64,000 nt of DNA, taken from assembly GCA_030390025.1 (NCBI GenBank), contig CM059433.1, positions 24,120,001 to 24,184,000 on the forward strand, read 5' to 3'. Source of the DNA: Squalus acanthias (Eukaryota). The notes under the pieces were generated by a model. That model worked only from the letters and a program-made list of their open reading frames with translations. It did no database searches and was not told the DNA's origin. The translations under genes were made by a program, and so were the position numbers. This document shows positions 49,405 through 60,909 of the stretch, piece after piece (positions within the stretch are counted from its first letter, which is position 1; every line of letters starts with the position of its first letter).

Positions 49405-51170
49405 CATTTATAGAATCTTATAGCACAGAAGGAGACCATTCGGCCCGTCGTGCCTGTGCTGGCTCTTTGAAAGAGCAGTCATGCTTAGTCCCACATCCCC
49501 GCTTTTTGTCCGTAACCCTGTTAGTTTCTCATCCTCGAGTACCTGTCCAACTCCCTTTTAAAATTATTTATGGAATCAGCTTCCACCATTTTTCAGGTAG
49601 AGTGTTCCAGATCCCGACAACTCTGAGTGAAAACATTTCTCCTCATCTCCCCTCTAGATCTTTTGCCAATGGTTTTGAATCTATGACCTTTGGTTATTGA
49701 CTCACTCGCCAGAGGGAATAGTTTTTCTCTATCTACTCTATCAAAACCTCTCATCATCTTGAAAACCTCTATTAGGTCACCTCTTTACCTTCCCTGTTCC
49801 AAGGAGAATAGTCCTAAATTTTTAACCTCTCCTCATAGCTGAAGTTCCCCTATCTCTGGTAACATCCTGGTAAACCTCCTCTGTACCCTTTCTAAGGCCT
49901 TTCCATCTTTCCTGAAGTGTGGTGCCCAGAATTGTCCACAATACTCCAACTGAGGCCTAACCAGTGATTTATAAAGTTCTAGCATAATCTCTTTGCTTTT
50001 ATATTCAATTCCTCTATTTATAAACCCAAGTATGTGCTTTATAACTATCTTATCAACTTGCCCTACCACTTTTAAGGATTTGTGTATAGGGACACCAAGT
50101 TCTCTCTGCTCATCTACTTTTCAAAATTGTGCCATTTATAGTATAATGTCTTTCCATATTAGTCCTCCCAAATGCATCAATTCACACTTCTCCTCATTGA
50201 ACTCCATCTGCCATGCTTCTGCCCATTTCACCATCCTGTCTGTCATCCTGAAGCCTATAACTATCCTCATCACTCTCTACTACTTTGCCAAGTTTTGTAT
50301 CATCTACAAACTTTATACTGCTGCTATCTACACCTGAGTCTAGGTCAGTTATAAAAATTGCAAAGATTAATGGACCCAAAACTCACCTTTGGGAACACCA
50401 CTGCAAACCACCTCCCAGTCTGAAAAAGATCCATCAACCACTACCCTCTGCTTCCTGTCAGTGAGCCAATTTTGTATCCATACCACCACTTTCCCCTTAA
50501 TTCCATGGGCCTCCATATTCTTAACAAGCCTCCTGTGTGGCACTTTGTCGAATGCATTCCGAAAGTACATATATACAACATCTACTGCACTACCTTGATC
50601 AACCTTTTCTGTTACCTCATCAAAGAATTCAATCAAGTTAGTCAGACATGATTTGCCTTTAAAAAATCCATGCCCCCTGGCTCTCCTTGATTAACCCATG
50701 CCTTTCCAACTGAAAGTTTATTTTGTTTTTGATAATGGTTTCCAATAACTTCCCCACCACTGATATTAGGCTGACTGGTTTCCTGGTTTATCCCTCGCCC
50801 CTTTCTTGAATAGTGGGATATCATTATCAAGCCTCCAGTCCTACGGCACTACTCCTGTATCCAATGAGGATTGAAAGATTGTCGCCAATGCCTCTGCTAT
50901 TTCTATCTTTGCCTCTTTCAGCAACCGAGGATGTATTCCATTTGGACCAGATGACTTACCAACTTTCAGTAATGCTACTTTTTTTTAGTACGTCTTCTCT
51001 ATCTATTACTATCCTGTCCATAACTTCCCTCTCCTCTTTTAGTGTAACCTTCACGCTTCCTTTGTGAAGACAGATGCAAAGTACTCATTTAATACTTTAT
51101 GCATATCCTCTGCCTCTACATGAAGATTTTGCTTTGGGTCCTTAATAAGCCCAACTTTTTCCCTAGCTAC
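49405..51170 (-). mobile_element. degenerate CR1 LINE fragment
   Basis: RT and C-terminal motifs on - (FRNAFDKVPH, FVDDTKL, QFWAPHFRKD). CR1 tail at about 49410. Confidence 0.85.
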
Positions 51171-51392
51171 ACTTTATAGGGGGAAAATTGGATTGATTTA
51201 CATAGAACATAAGAACAAAAGAAATAGGAGCAGGAGTAGGCCATTTGGCCCTTCGAGCCTGCTCAACCATTCAATAAGATCATGGCTGATCCCAGCTAGG
51301 GGAAACATCCTCCCTGCATCTACCCTGTCAAGCCCTGTAAGAATTTTGTATGTTTCAATGAGATTACCTCTCATTCTTCTAAACTCTAGAGA

Positions 51393-52625
51393 ATTTTTGA
51401 GGATGTAACTGGTAGAATAGATAAGGGAGAACCAGTGGATGTGGTGTATTTGGACTTCCAAAAGGCTTTCAATAAGGTCCCGCATAAGAGATTAGCGTGT
51501 AAAGTTAAGGCACATGGGATTGGGGGCAAGGTATTGACTTGGATAGAGAACTGGTTGGCAGACAGAAAGCAAAGCGTTGGAATAAACGGGTCTTTTTCTG
51601 AGTGGCAGGCTGTGACTAGTGGGGTACTGCAGGGATCGGTCCTTGGACCCCAGCTATTCACAATATATATTAATGATCTAGACGAGGGAACTAGATGTAA
51701 TATCTCCAAGTTTGCAGACGACACAAAACTGGGTAGGCGTGTGTGCTGCGAGGAGGATGCCGAGAAACTCCAGGATGATTTGGACAGGTTGGGTGATTGG
51801 GCAGAAGCGTGGCAGATGCAATATAACGTGGATAAATGCGAGGTTATCCACTTTGGTGTCAAAAACAGAAAGGCAGATTATTATCTGAATGGCAATAGAT
51901 TGGGAGAAGGGGAAGTGCAACGAGACCTGGGTGTCCTTGTGCACCAGTCGCTGAAGGTAAGCATGCAGATGCAGCAGGCGGTTAAGAAGGCAAATGGTAT
52001 GTTGGCCTTCATAGCGAGAGGGTTTGAGTACAGGAACAAGGATGTCTTGCTGCAGTTGTACAGGGCCTTGGTGAGACCACACCTTGAGTACTGTGTGCAG
52101 TTTTGGTCGCCTTATCTGAGGAAGGATGTTCTTGCCATGGAAGGAGTTCAGCGAAGATTCACAAGGCTGATACCAGAGATTGGGTCGATTGGGCTTATAC
52201 TCGCTGGAGTTTAGAACAATGAGAGGGGATCTCATTGAAACTTATAAAATTCTGATAGGACAGGACAAACTAGATGCAGGAAGGATGTTCCCGATGGTCG
52301 GGGAGTCCAGAACCAGGGGTCACAGTCTAAGGATAAGGGGTAAGCCATTTAAGACAGAAATTAGGAGGAATTTCTTCACCCAGAGGGTGGTGAACCTGTG
52401 GAATTCTCTGCCACAGAAGGCAGTAGAGGCCAATTCATTAAATAGATTCAAGAAGGAGTTGGATATATTTCTTAAGGCTAAAGGGATCAAGGGATATGGG
52501 GAGAAAGCAGGGACAGGGTACTGAATTTGGATGATCAGCCATGATCGCATTGAATGGCGGAGCAGGCTAGAGGGGCCGAATGGCCTACTCCTGCTCCTAT
52601 CTTCTATGATTCTATGATTCTATGA
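51393..52625 (+). mobile_element. 5'-truncated CR1 nested in the antisense CR1
   Basis: ORFs 51435-52214 and 52180-52524 carry RT (FADDTKL) and C-terminal motifs. (ctatgatt)n tail. Confidence 0.9.
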
Positions 52626-54474
52626 TATAGGCCTAGTCTACTCAATCTGTCCTCATAGGATAATCCCCCCCATCCCAGGAACCAGTCTGGTGAACCTTCG
52701 TTGCACTCCCTCTATGGCAAGTATATCCTTCCTTAGGTAAGGAGACCAAAACTGTACACAATACTCCAGGTGTGGTCTCACCAGGGCCCTATATAATTGC
52801 AGTACGACGTCTTTACTCTTATACTCAAATCTTCTTGTAATAAAGGCCAACATACCATTTGCTTTCCTAATTGCTTGTTGTACCTGCATGTTAACTTTCA
52901 GTGATTCGTGTACAAGCACATCCAGGTTCCTCTGAACACCAACATTTCCCAATCTCTCACCATTTAAAAAATACTTTGCTTTTCTATTTTTCCTACCAAA
53001 GTGGATAACTTCACATTTCTCCACATTATATTCCATTTGCCATGTTCTTGCCCACTCACTTAACCTGTCTATATCCCTTGAAGCCTCCTTGCATCCTCCT
53101 CACAACTTACATTCCCACCCAGCTTTGTATCATCAGCAAACTTGGATATATTACATTTGGTCCCCTCATCCAAATCATTGATGTAGATTGTGAATAGCTG
53201 AGGCCCAAGCACTGATCCTTGCGGTACCCCACTAGTTACAGCCTGCCAACCTGAAAATGACCCGTTTATTCCTACTCTCTGTTTTCTGTCCGTTAACCAA
53301 TCCTCAATCCATGCTAGTATATTACTCCTAATCCCATGAGCCCTAATTTTGTTTAATAACCTCTTGTGTGGCACCTTATCGAATGTCTTCTGAAAATCCA
53401 AATACACCACATCCACTGGTTCCCCCTTATCTATTCTGCTAGTTACAACCTCAAAAAATTCTAACAGATTTGTCAAACACGATTTCCCTTTCATTAATCC
53501 GTGTTGACTCTGCCCAATCCTATCATTCTTTTCTAAGTGCCCTGTTACCATGTCCTTAATAATAGATTCTAGCATTTTCCCTACTACTGATGTCAGGCTA
53601 ACTGGTCTTTGGTTCCCCATTTTCTCTTTCCCTTCTCTCTTAAATAGTGGGGTTACATTTGCTACCTTCCAATCCGCGGGAACCGTTCTAGAATCTATGG
53701 AATTTTGGAAAATGACAACCAATGCATCCACTATCTCTATAGCTACCTCTTTCAAAATCCTAGGATGTAGGCCATCAGGTCCAGGGGATTTATCGGCTTT
53801 CAGTCCCATTAATTTCTCCAGTACTACTTCTTTACTAATACTAATTTCTTTCAGTTCCTCATTCTTGCTAGACCCTTGGTCCTCCACTATTTCCGGGAAG
53901 ATTTTTGCATCTTCTTCCGTGAAGACAGACACAAATGCCGCGATTTTGCCGGCGCTCAGAGGGCGGGTTTGGAGGCGGGTCAGGAGTTAAAATCCAAATG
54001 ACTGATGGCGGATTGTGAACCCACCGCCATCCCGCCTCCATGCAACTTTGCAAAGTGTCGGGTCTGCGAGTCACGATCAGACCCAACACCAAACAACAAG
54101 AGAGGCACTGAAGAAAGTTAACCGCTTGTTATCTACCTAGATAATCCCATTTCTCCTGGCAATTCCCATTTTCCTACTTTTTCAGTGTGTTGCCCGTCGT
54201 GCGACAAACACGCCAGCTGATTGTGCCGGGTTCAGCAAGCAGCTGAATTGTTGACAGCTGCTCCTGCAGCATAAAAGCGGACCTGCAACGTGGCTGACAT
54301 TCAGATGCCAGAACTTTGTGCTTTGAGGTTTTGGAACAGATTTTGCAGGTCTACTGAGCTTGTGAGTGTTTAAGCTGAGATCCATATGCATTGTGACCTC
54401 CTTGGAATGCCCTCTGGCCACATTGACTGAGCGCTTGTAATATCTCTTCCTCAACTGAGATATATACCAGCGTG

Positions 54475-55855
54475 ATGGGAACCATTTATACCCTCTTATC
54501 CTGGTCCTCAGAATTAGAGGAAGAGCAGCCGCAGCAGCAGAATCAGGCACAACAGCAGCAGCAACAACAGGAGCGCCAACCTTCTCCTCAGCCACGTGAT
54601 GCTGCACAGGGCAGAGGGCGTCAGCGCAGGGCTGCACCGTGCCGCAGGAGATACCCCCAACACAGGGTTTACAGGCAGAGGATGAGCTTCCACAACATGA
54701 GTGAGAAGCAGTGCCAAAGGAGGCTGAGACTTTCGCGAGAGGTAGTCGCTGACATCTGCACAATGCTGCACCAAGACCTGGAGCCCAGAGGCGCGGGTGG
54801 ACACTCCTTACCAATGGCTGTCAAAGTCACCACCGCACTCAACTTCTTTGCTTCAGGGTCCTTCCAGGGATCATCAGCAGACATCAGCGGCATCTCCCAG
54901 TCGGCCGCACACACTTGCATCACTCAGGTTACCAATGCCCTCTTTGCAAAGTCGCACAATTACATCCACTTCTCCACGGATGAAGCAAGTGTAACCGGGC
55001 ATGCAGTTGGCTTTGCAAATATGGCAGACTTCCCAAGGGTGCAGGGCGTCGTAGACTGCACACATGTGGCCATTAGGGCACCCCATCACAACCCAGCTGT
55101 TTTTGTGAACCGCAAGGGCTTCCACTCCCTTAATGTCCAGCTGGTGTGTAACCTCAGGAAGAACATTATGCAAAATAACGACAGAAAACGCTGGAAAAAC
55201 TCAGCAGGCCAGGCAGCATCCGTGGAGAGAGAAACAGAGTTAACGTTTCAGGTCGAAGACCTTTCGTCAGAACATTATGCATGTTTGCGGCAAGTTCCCT
55301 GGCAGTTGCCATGACTCATTCATCCTGCGGCAGTCTACTGTGCCTCAGCTCTTCAATCCGCCAACCCAACTTTCCGGATGGCTACTTGGAGACAAGGGCT
55401 ATCCCCTGAAAAAGTGGCTCATGACACCGATGAGGAGGCCATCAAACGAAGCTGAGGAGCGCTACAATGCGAGCCACATTTCCACCAGAAGCATCATCGA
55501 GCAAACCATCGGCTTGCTCAAAATGCGATTCTGATGCCTCGACAGATCTGGTGGAGCCCTACAATATGCACCAGCCAGGGTCTCCAGAATCATCGTGGTC
55601 TGCTGTGCCCTGCACAACATCGCACAGCAGCATGGCTTAGCGCTGCCTGAGGAACAAGTGGCTCAGTGCACAGCCTCCTCGGAAGAGGAGGATGAGGAGG
55701 ATGATGAGGAGAAGGAGGAGGATGAGGTGGAGGTGGAGGAGGAGGCACCAGATGAGGGACACCTTGCGGGGGCAGATGTGCCAATTCCACCAGCAGGCGA
55801 CCAAATTGCTGGCCGTGAGGCAAGGGATGCACTCATCCATGCCAGATTCGTGTAA
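54475..55855 (+). pseudogene. Harbinger transposase pseudogene
   Basis: [39 protein letters not shown] and CCALHN motifs. Frameshifted by a 109-bp PLE insertion plus TSD, with a probable CGA>TGA stop at 55532. Confidence 0.9.
55173..55268 (-). mobile_element. short PLE family 1 insertion carrying a complete hammerhead core
   Basis: 13-bp TSD agaacattatgca (55160-72, 55269-81). Minus strand reads guu-CUGACGA-a-agguc-uuc-gaccu-GAAA-CG-UU-aac. Confidence 0.85.
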
Positions 55856-56100
55856 GTTTACGCATCAACCACATGTGGCTGGCACATGGAAATGAATGTC
55901 TGGCCGACCTTCTTAACACACCATACATCATCTGTACAATAAACTGTGGTTTCCTATCACTCTCACCACCAGCATTACAGATGAAAGGCGCCCTGACCCC
56001 TCACTGTGCAACTTCCATTTCTGAGCACACATAGGCCAGATCTTTGAATCTTTGCCATCACTTTTCTTTAATACTTTTAAAATCAGGATGACAAACGTTA

Positions 56101-57553
56101 TCATCTATCCTCCATAGCAGACCATCTATTTAGAAGAGTCACCATGCTCATTTGAGTCTGGCGATTTATGTCCTCCATGGAGGTTGCCACCCTTTCCATG
56201 GCAGCACCTACATTCGCCATTGAGTGCACCACGGCATTGCTCATATTTGAGATGGACTCCTCCATTCTCTGCACACTCGCAGTTACCGTGGATACAAACC
56301 CTGTCAGAGACTCCTGCACTTGTTCCTGAAGTTCCAGCACCGCTCTCTTTCTGGATGACCCCAGAGGCACAGCGTCTACATGCAGCTGAGCAGAGCTAGG
56401 AGCGTCCTGTGACCTCCGGCGAGGAGTCTCCACTGCTGTCGTTGTCTCCACCATCTGCTGATGCTCACTTGTGAGCTGTGATACACCAGGTGACAACACT
56501 ACTCTATGTCGCGAAGGACCCACCGAGGTGTGCGTATCTGCGCTGGAGCTGGGTGCGCTGATTTCTGGTGATGCTGCTCCCTCAGAGGCTGCAGGTTCCT
56601 CTGAGGAGTTGTCCGGCTCTTCCTCCAGGACAGTGGGGAGGGGGGCTCTCGATGGTCCTGTGAGGGAGTAAAGGCATGAGTTAGACATGTGATATTTAGG
56701 TAGCAGACACATCCTATTGCGCAGATGATCAGAACTCAATCTCTATGAACATCAGATGCCATATCAGTCACTCATGAAATCTAAATGAGAGGATTGCAAA
56801 TCTATTTTGTCACCAGCTTGCTCTACTGCGCCCATCTCTCCGTCCCCCACTTCCAGCTCCTCTGTACCTCCGATGATGTCAAGAGCAGCCTCCTCAGCAT
56901 TTGTTAAAGTCGCCAGGGATGGTGGGACTTCTCCTGTCCTCCCTCTCTTCCTCTTATTGTGGGCTCTCTTTTCCTGCAATGAGGGACACAAGTGGAGTTT
57001 CAGCAAGATTGATGGAGTGAGTTTAAAGAATCCATAACATAGAAGCTTAGAGGGAGAGAAAGATGAGTGAGGTGCCAATACCAAGGTGCCTCCCTGTGCG
57101 TTGTTAGTTGTTGCCATTGCCATAACAGTGAGAGCGAGTGTGAGGGGTGCATAGTAGGATGGTGAAGTAATTCTGTACATGGAGAGAGGGATAGTCAATG
57201 GTGCAAGGGAAGTAGGGGTAAGTTGGGATTTGGAGGAGTAGGTTGACAATGCCGAGTGCTGGTGATGAGAAGAGATGGGAGGCAGAATGAAGGTAAGTGT
57301 GATGTGATACTCACTTTTGCTGAGCGTAGCAGATCATTGAACCTTTTTCGGCACTGCACCCAGGTGCGTTAGCACAAGGACCTTGCACTTAGCTCTCAGC
57401 AATTTGCAGCCAGGCTGCCTTTGTGTGCTGAAGAAGCTTCCTCCGGCCATTGGGAGGGAACAGAGCTTCACTGCGCCCTCTTACTCCCTCCACAAGAGCA
57501 TGGAGGGAGTCATCATCAAAACGAGGAGCAGCCTTACATCTTGCAACAGTCAT
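56101..57553 (-). pseudogene. Harbinger Myb/SANT gene of family B, 3 exons (57553-57315, 56973-56814, 56657-56101), frameshift in exon 1
   Basis: APRFDDDSLHALVEGV...AWLQIA...TWVQCRKRFNDL|GTGAGT. Exon 2 EKRAHNKRKRGRTG. Exon 3 GPSRAPL.... Intron phases (0, 1) match the 35865 gene. Confidence 0.8.
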
Positions 57554-58219
57554 GTTACAATTGCCCGTTTTCAGGAGCAGCAGAAAGGAAATGAAATCCA
57601 AAGGCTACATGGGCCCCTTAAAAGCTCCTGAATCAAAGACGTCAGCAGAGGCAAGCAGCAGACCTGCACCCACTGATTGGGCCGGTTACGCGCACGGCGG
57701 GCTTAATGAACCCAGTTGCATGAAAATTGTTATTACGGAGCGGCTGAAACTGGCAGCAGGATCGGAACCCGCCAACCCGACTCCAACCTGCCTCCTATGG
57801 CAAAATCGCGGCCAAAGTATTTGCTTACTTTCTCTGCCATTTCCTTATTCCCCATTATAATTTCTCCTGTCTCAGCCTGTAAGGGACCCATATTTACTTT
57901 CGCTAATATTTTCCTTTTTACATACCTATAGAAGCTTTTATAGTCTGTTTTTATGTCTCTCGCTAGTTTACTCTCATATTCTATTTTCCCTTTCTTTATC
58001 AATTTCTTGGTCCTCCTTTGCTGAATTCTAAAATCCTCCCAGTCCTCAGGCTTACTACCCTTTTTGGCAGCACTATAAGCCTCTTCCTTTGATCTAATAC
58101 TATCTTTAACTTCTCTTGTTAGCCACGGTTGGACCACTTTTCCTGTGGGGTTTTTGTGCCTTAAAGGAATGTATATTTGTTGTAAATTATGTATTAATTC
58201 TTTAAATGCTAGCCATTGC

Positions 58220-59428
58220 TCATCCCTCAAAAGTTTGTCACCATCCTCCACCTGCTTCACGACGACATGCAAGCCGTGATCCTGACCAACGGTTCCACCA
58301 CAGACCCAATTCACGTACGGACCGGGGTCAAGCAAGGCTAATTTACATAACAAACGGGAAACTGTTCAACCTCCATCACCTCCAGTCCAGATCCAAGGTC
58401 GTCCCATCCTCTGTCGTCGAATTACAGTATGCAGACGACGCTTGCGTCTGCGCTCACTCGGAGGTCAAACTCCAAACCATCGTCAATACCTTCACCGAAG
58501 CGTACGAGAGCGTGGGCCTTACACTAAACATCCGTAAGATAAAGGTCCTCTACCAACCTGCCCCCGCCACACAGTACTGCCCCCCTGATTATCAAAATCC
58601 ACGACAAGGCCTTGGACAACGTGGGCCACTTTCCATACCTCGGGAGCCTACTGTCAACAAGGGCAGATGGCGATGACGAAGTCCAACACCGCCTTCAGTG
58701 TGCCAGTGCAGCCTTCGGTCGCCTGAGGAAGAGAGTGTTTGAAGACCAGGACCTCAAACCTGGCACTAAGCTCATAGTCTACAGAGCAGCAGTGATACCC
58801 GCCCTCCTGTATGCCTCAGAGACATGGACCATGTACAGCAGGCACCTCAAAGCACTGGAGAGGTACCACCAACGCTGCCTCCGCAAGATCCTGCAAATCC
58901 ATTGGCAGGATAGGCACACCAACGTCAGTGTTCTTGCTCAGGCCAACATCCCCAGCATCGAAGCTTTGACCACGCTCGATCAGCTCCGATGGACGGGTCA
59001 CATCGTCCGCATGCCCGATAGACTCCCAAAACAAGCGCTCTACTCGGAGCTCCGGCACGGCAAGAGAGCCCCAGGTGGGCAGAGGAAACGCTTCAAGGAC
59101 ACCCTCCAAGCCTCCTTGAAAAAGTGCAACATCCCCACTGACACCTGGGAATCCCTGGCCCAAGACCGCACAAAGTGGAGGAGAAGCATCCGGGAAGGCG
59201 CCGAACACCTTGAGTCTCTTCGCTGGGAGCAAGCGGAAGCCAAGCACAAGCAGCGCAAGGAGTGCACGTCAACCCAAGCACCCCACCCACCCACCCCTTC
59301 AACCACCTTCTGCCGCACCTGTGACAGAGACTGTAGGTCCTGCATTGGACTCATCAGTCACCTGAGAACTCATTTTTAATGTGGAAGCAAGTCATCCTCA
59401 GTTCCGAGGGACTGCCTAAGAAGAAGAC
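58220..59428 (+). mobile_element. 5'-truncated RTE-clade LINE
   Basis: ELQYADD RT motif, FPYLGS, LLYASETW, QLRWTGHIVRM, GGQRKRFKDTL and a C-terminal CxxC..H..H finger. (aag)n tail. Confidence 0.9.
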
Positions 59429-59859
59429 TGCCATACCTTTTAATGTAGTTTCCCAATCTACCGCAGCCAACTCGCCCTTCATACCTACGTAGTTTGCTTT
59501 GTTTAGATTTAAGACCCTAGTTTTGGATTTAACTAAGTCACTTTAAAACTCAATATAAAATTCTATTATATTATGGTCACTCTTCCCTAAAGGTTCCTTT
59601 ACTACAAGATTATTAATTAACCCTTTCTCATTGCACAATACTAGATCTAAAATAGCCTGTTCCCTAGTTGGTTCCTCAACACACTGATCCAGAAAACTAT
59701 CTTGCATACATTCCATGAATTCGTCCTCCACACTATTACTGCAAATTTGGTTTGCCCAGTCTATATGTAGATTAAAGTCCCCCATGATCACTGTATTACC
59801 CTTGTTACATGCACCTCTAATTTCCTGATTTATACTCTGCCCTACATTACAACTACTGT

Positions 59860-60905
59860 TTTTCTGCACACACATCAGATATTCCTCTCCTTCCCTACCC
59901 TTAGCACTATGTTTTTCCCAGTCTATGTTAGGGTAATTAAAGTCTCCTAATATTACTACTCTATTTTTGTTGCACACCTTTGAAATTTGCTGACAAATCT
60001 TTTCATCTATCTCCTTCTCCCTGTTTGGAGCTCCATTAAAAAAAACTCCCAGCAATGTAACAGCTCCTCCCCTGTTCCTCAACTCAAGCCAAATAGATTC
60101 AGTCCATAATCATCTAGTATATCCTTTCTATTTAGAACTATAACATCATCCTTAATCATTACTGACACGCCCCTCCTCTTTTTCCTTCTCTATCATTCCT
60201 GAATACTTGGTAACCAGGAATATTAAGAACCTATTCCTGGCCTTGTTTGAGTCATGACACTGTTAATGCAACCACATCATAATCCCATAGGAATTTGTGC
60301 CTGCAGCTCACCAACCTTATTTGTTACACTATGGACATTGACGTACATACAATTTAATACCTTCTTCATCACTTTTGCTATTTTCCTCAATCTGGTCTCT
60401 GCAATTTTTAGGATATTTCTAATTTTGCTGTTGTTTATATCTCTCTGTCCTCTGATCTCATTTCTGCTCCTTTCTGCTATTTTCTGGTTCCCCTCCTCCT
60501 GGCAAATTAGTTTAAACCCTCACTAACAGTACTAGTTAACCTCTCAGCGAGAACATTGGTCCCGGCTTTGTTCAGGTGCAACCCGTCCATCCTGTACAGG
60601 TGCCCCTTCCCCCAGAACTGGTCCCAATGCCCCAAGAATCTGAAACCCTCCCTCCTGCACCACTTCTACAGCCACACATTTACCTGCACTATTTTCCTGT
60701 TTCTATACTCACTAACACGTGGCACTGGGAGTAATCCTGAGATTACTACCTTTGAATTCCTGTTTTTTAATCTCTTTCCTAGCTCCTGAAACTCTGCCTG
60801 AAGGACCTCAACACTTTTCTGCCTATGTCATTGGTTCCAACATGGACCACGACTTCTGGCTGTTCCCCTTCCCCTCGCAGAATGCCCTGCACCCGCTTGG
60901 TGATA
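59860..60905 (-). mobile_element. degenerate CR1 5' region (ORF1 end plus APE start)
   Basis: DGLHLN esterase motif at about 60580(-). VILGDFNYPNIDW in ORF 59543-60082. Confidence 0.7.
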
Positions 60906-60909
60906 TACA

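Larger units (their letters stand above)
53936..57813. mobile_element. full-length two-gene Harbinger transposon (family B), coding-damaged
   Basis: TIRs (t)gccgcgattttgcc / ggcaaaatcgcggcc with 3-bp TSD AAA (53933-35, 57814-16). Removing it restores the CR1 sequence gacacaaagtattt. Confidence 0.92.
51200..59860 (-). mobile_element. long CR1 LINE, same subfamily as 18790-26650, split by CR1(+), Harbinger and RTE insertions
   Basis: Peptides nearly identical to the 18790 copy (SSCNVGQSINQEIRGACNKGNTVIMGDFNLHIDWAN; GPLQAETGEIIMGNKEMAEK). RT ORF 53069-53932. Tail at about 51200. Confidence 0.9.
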
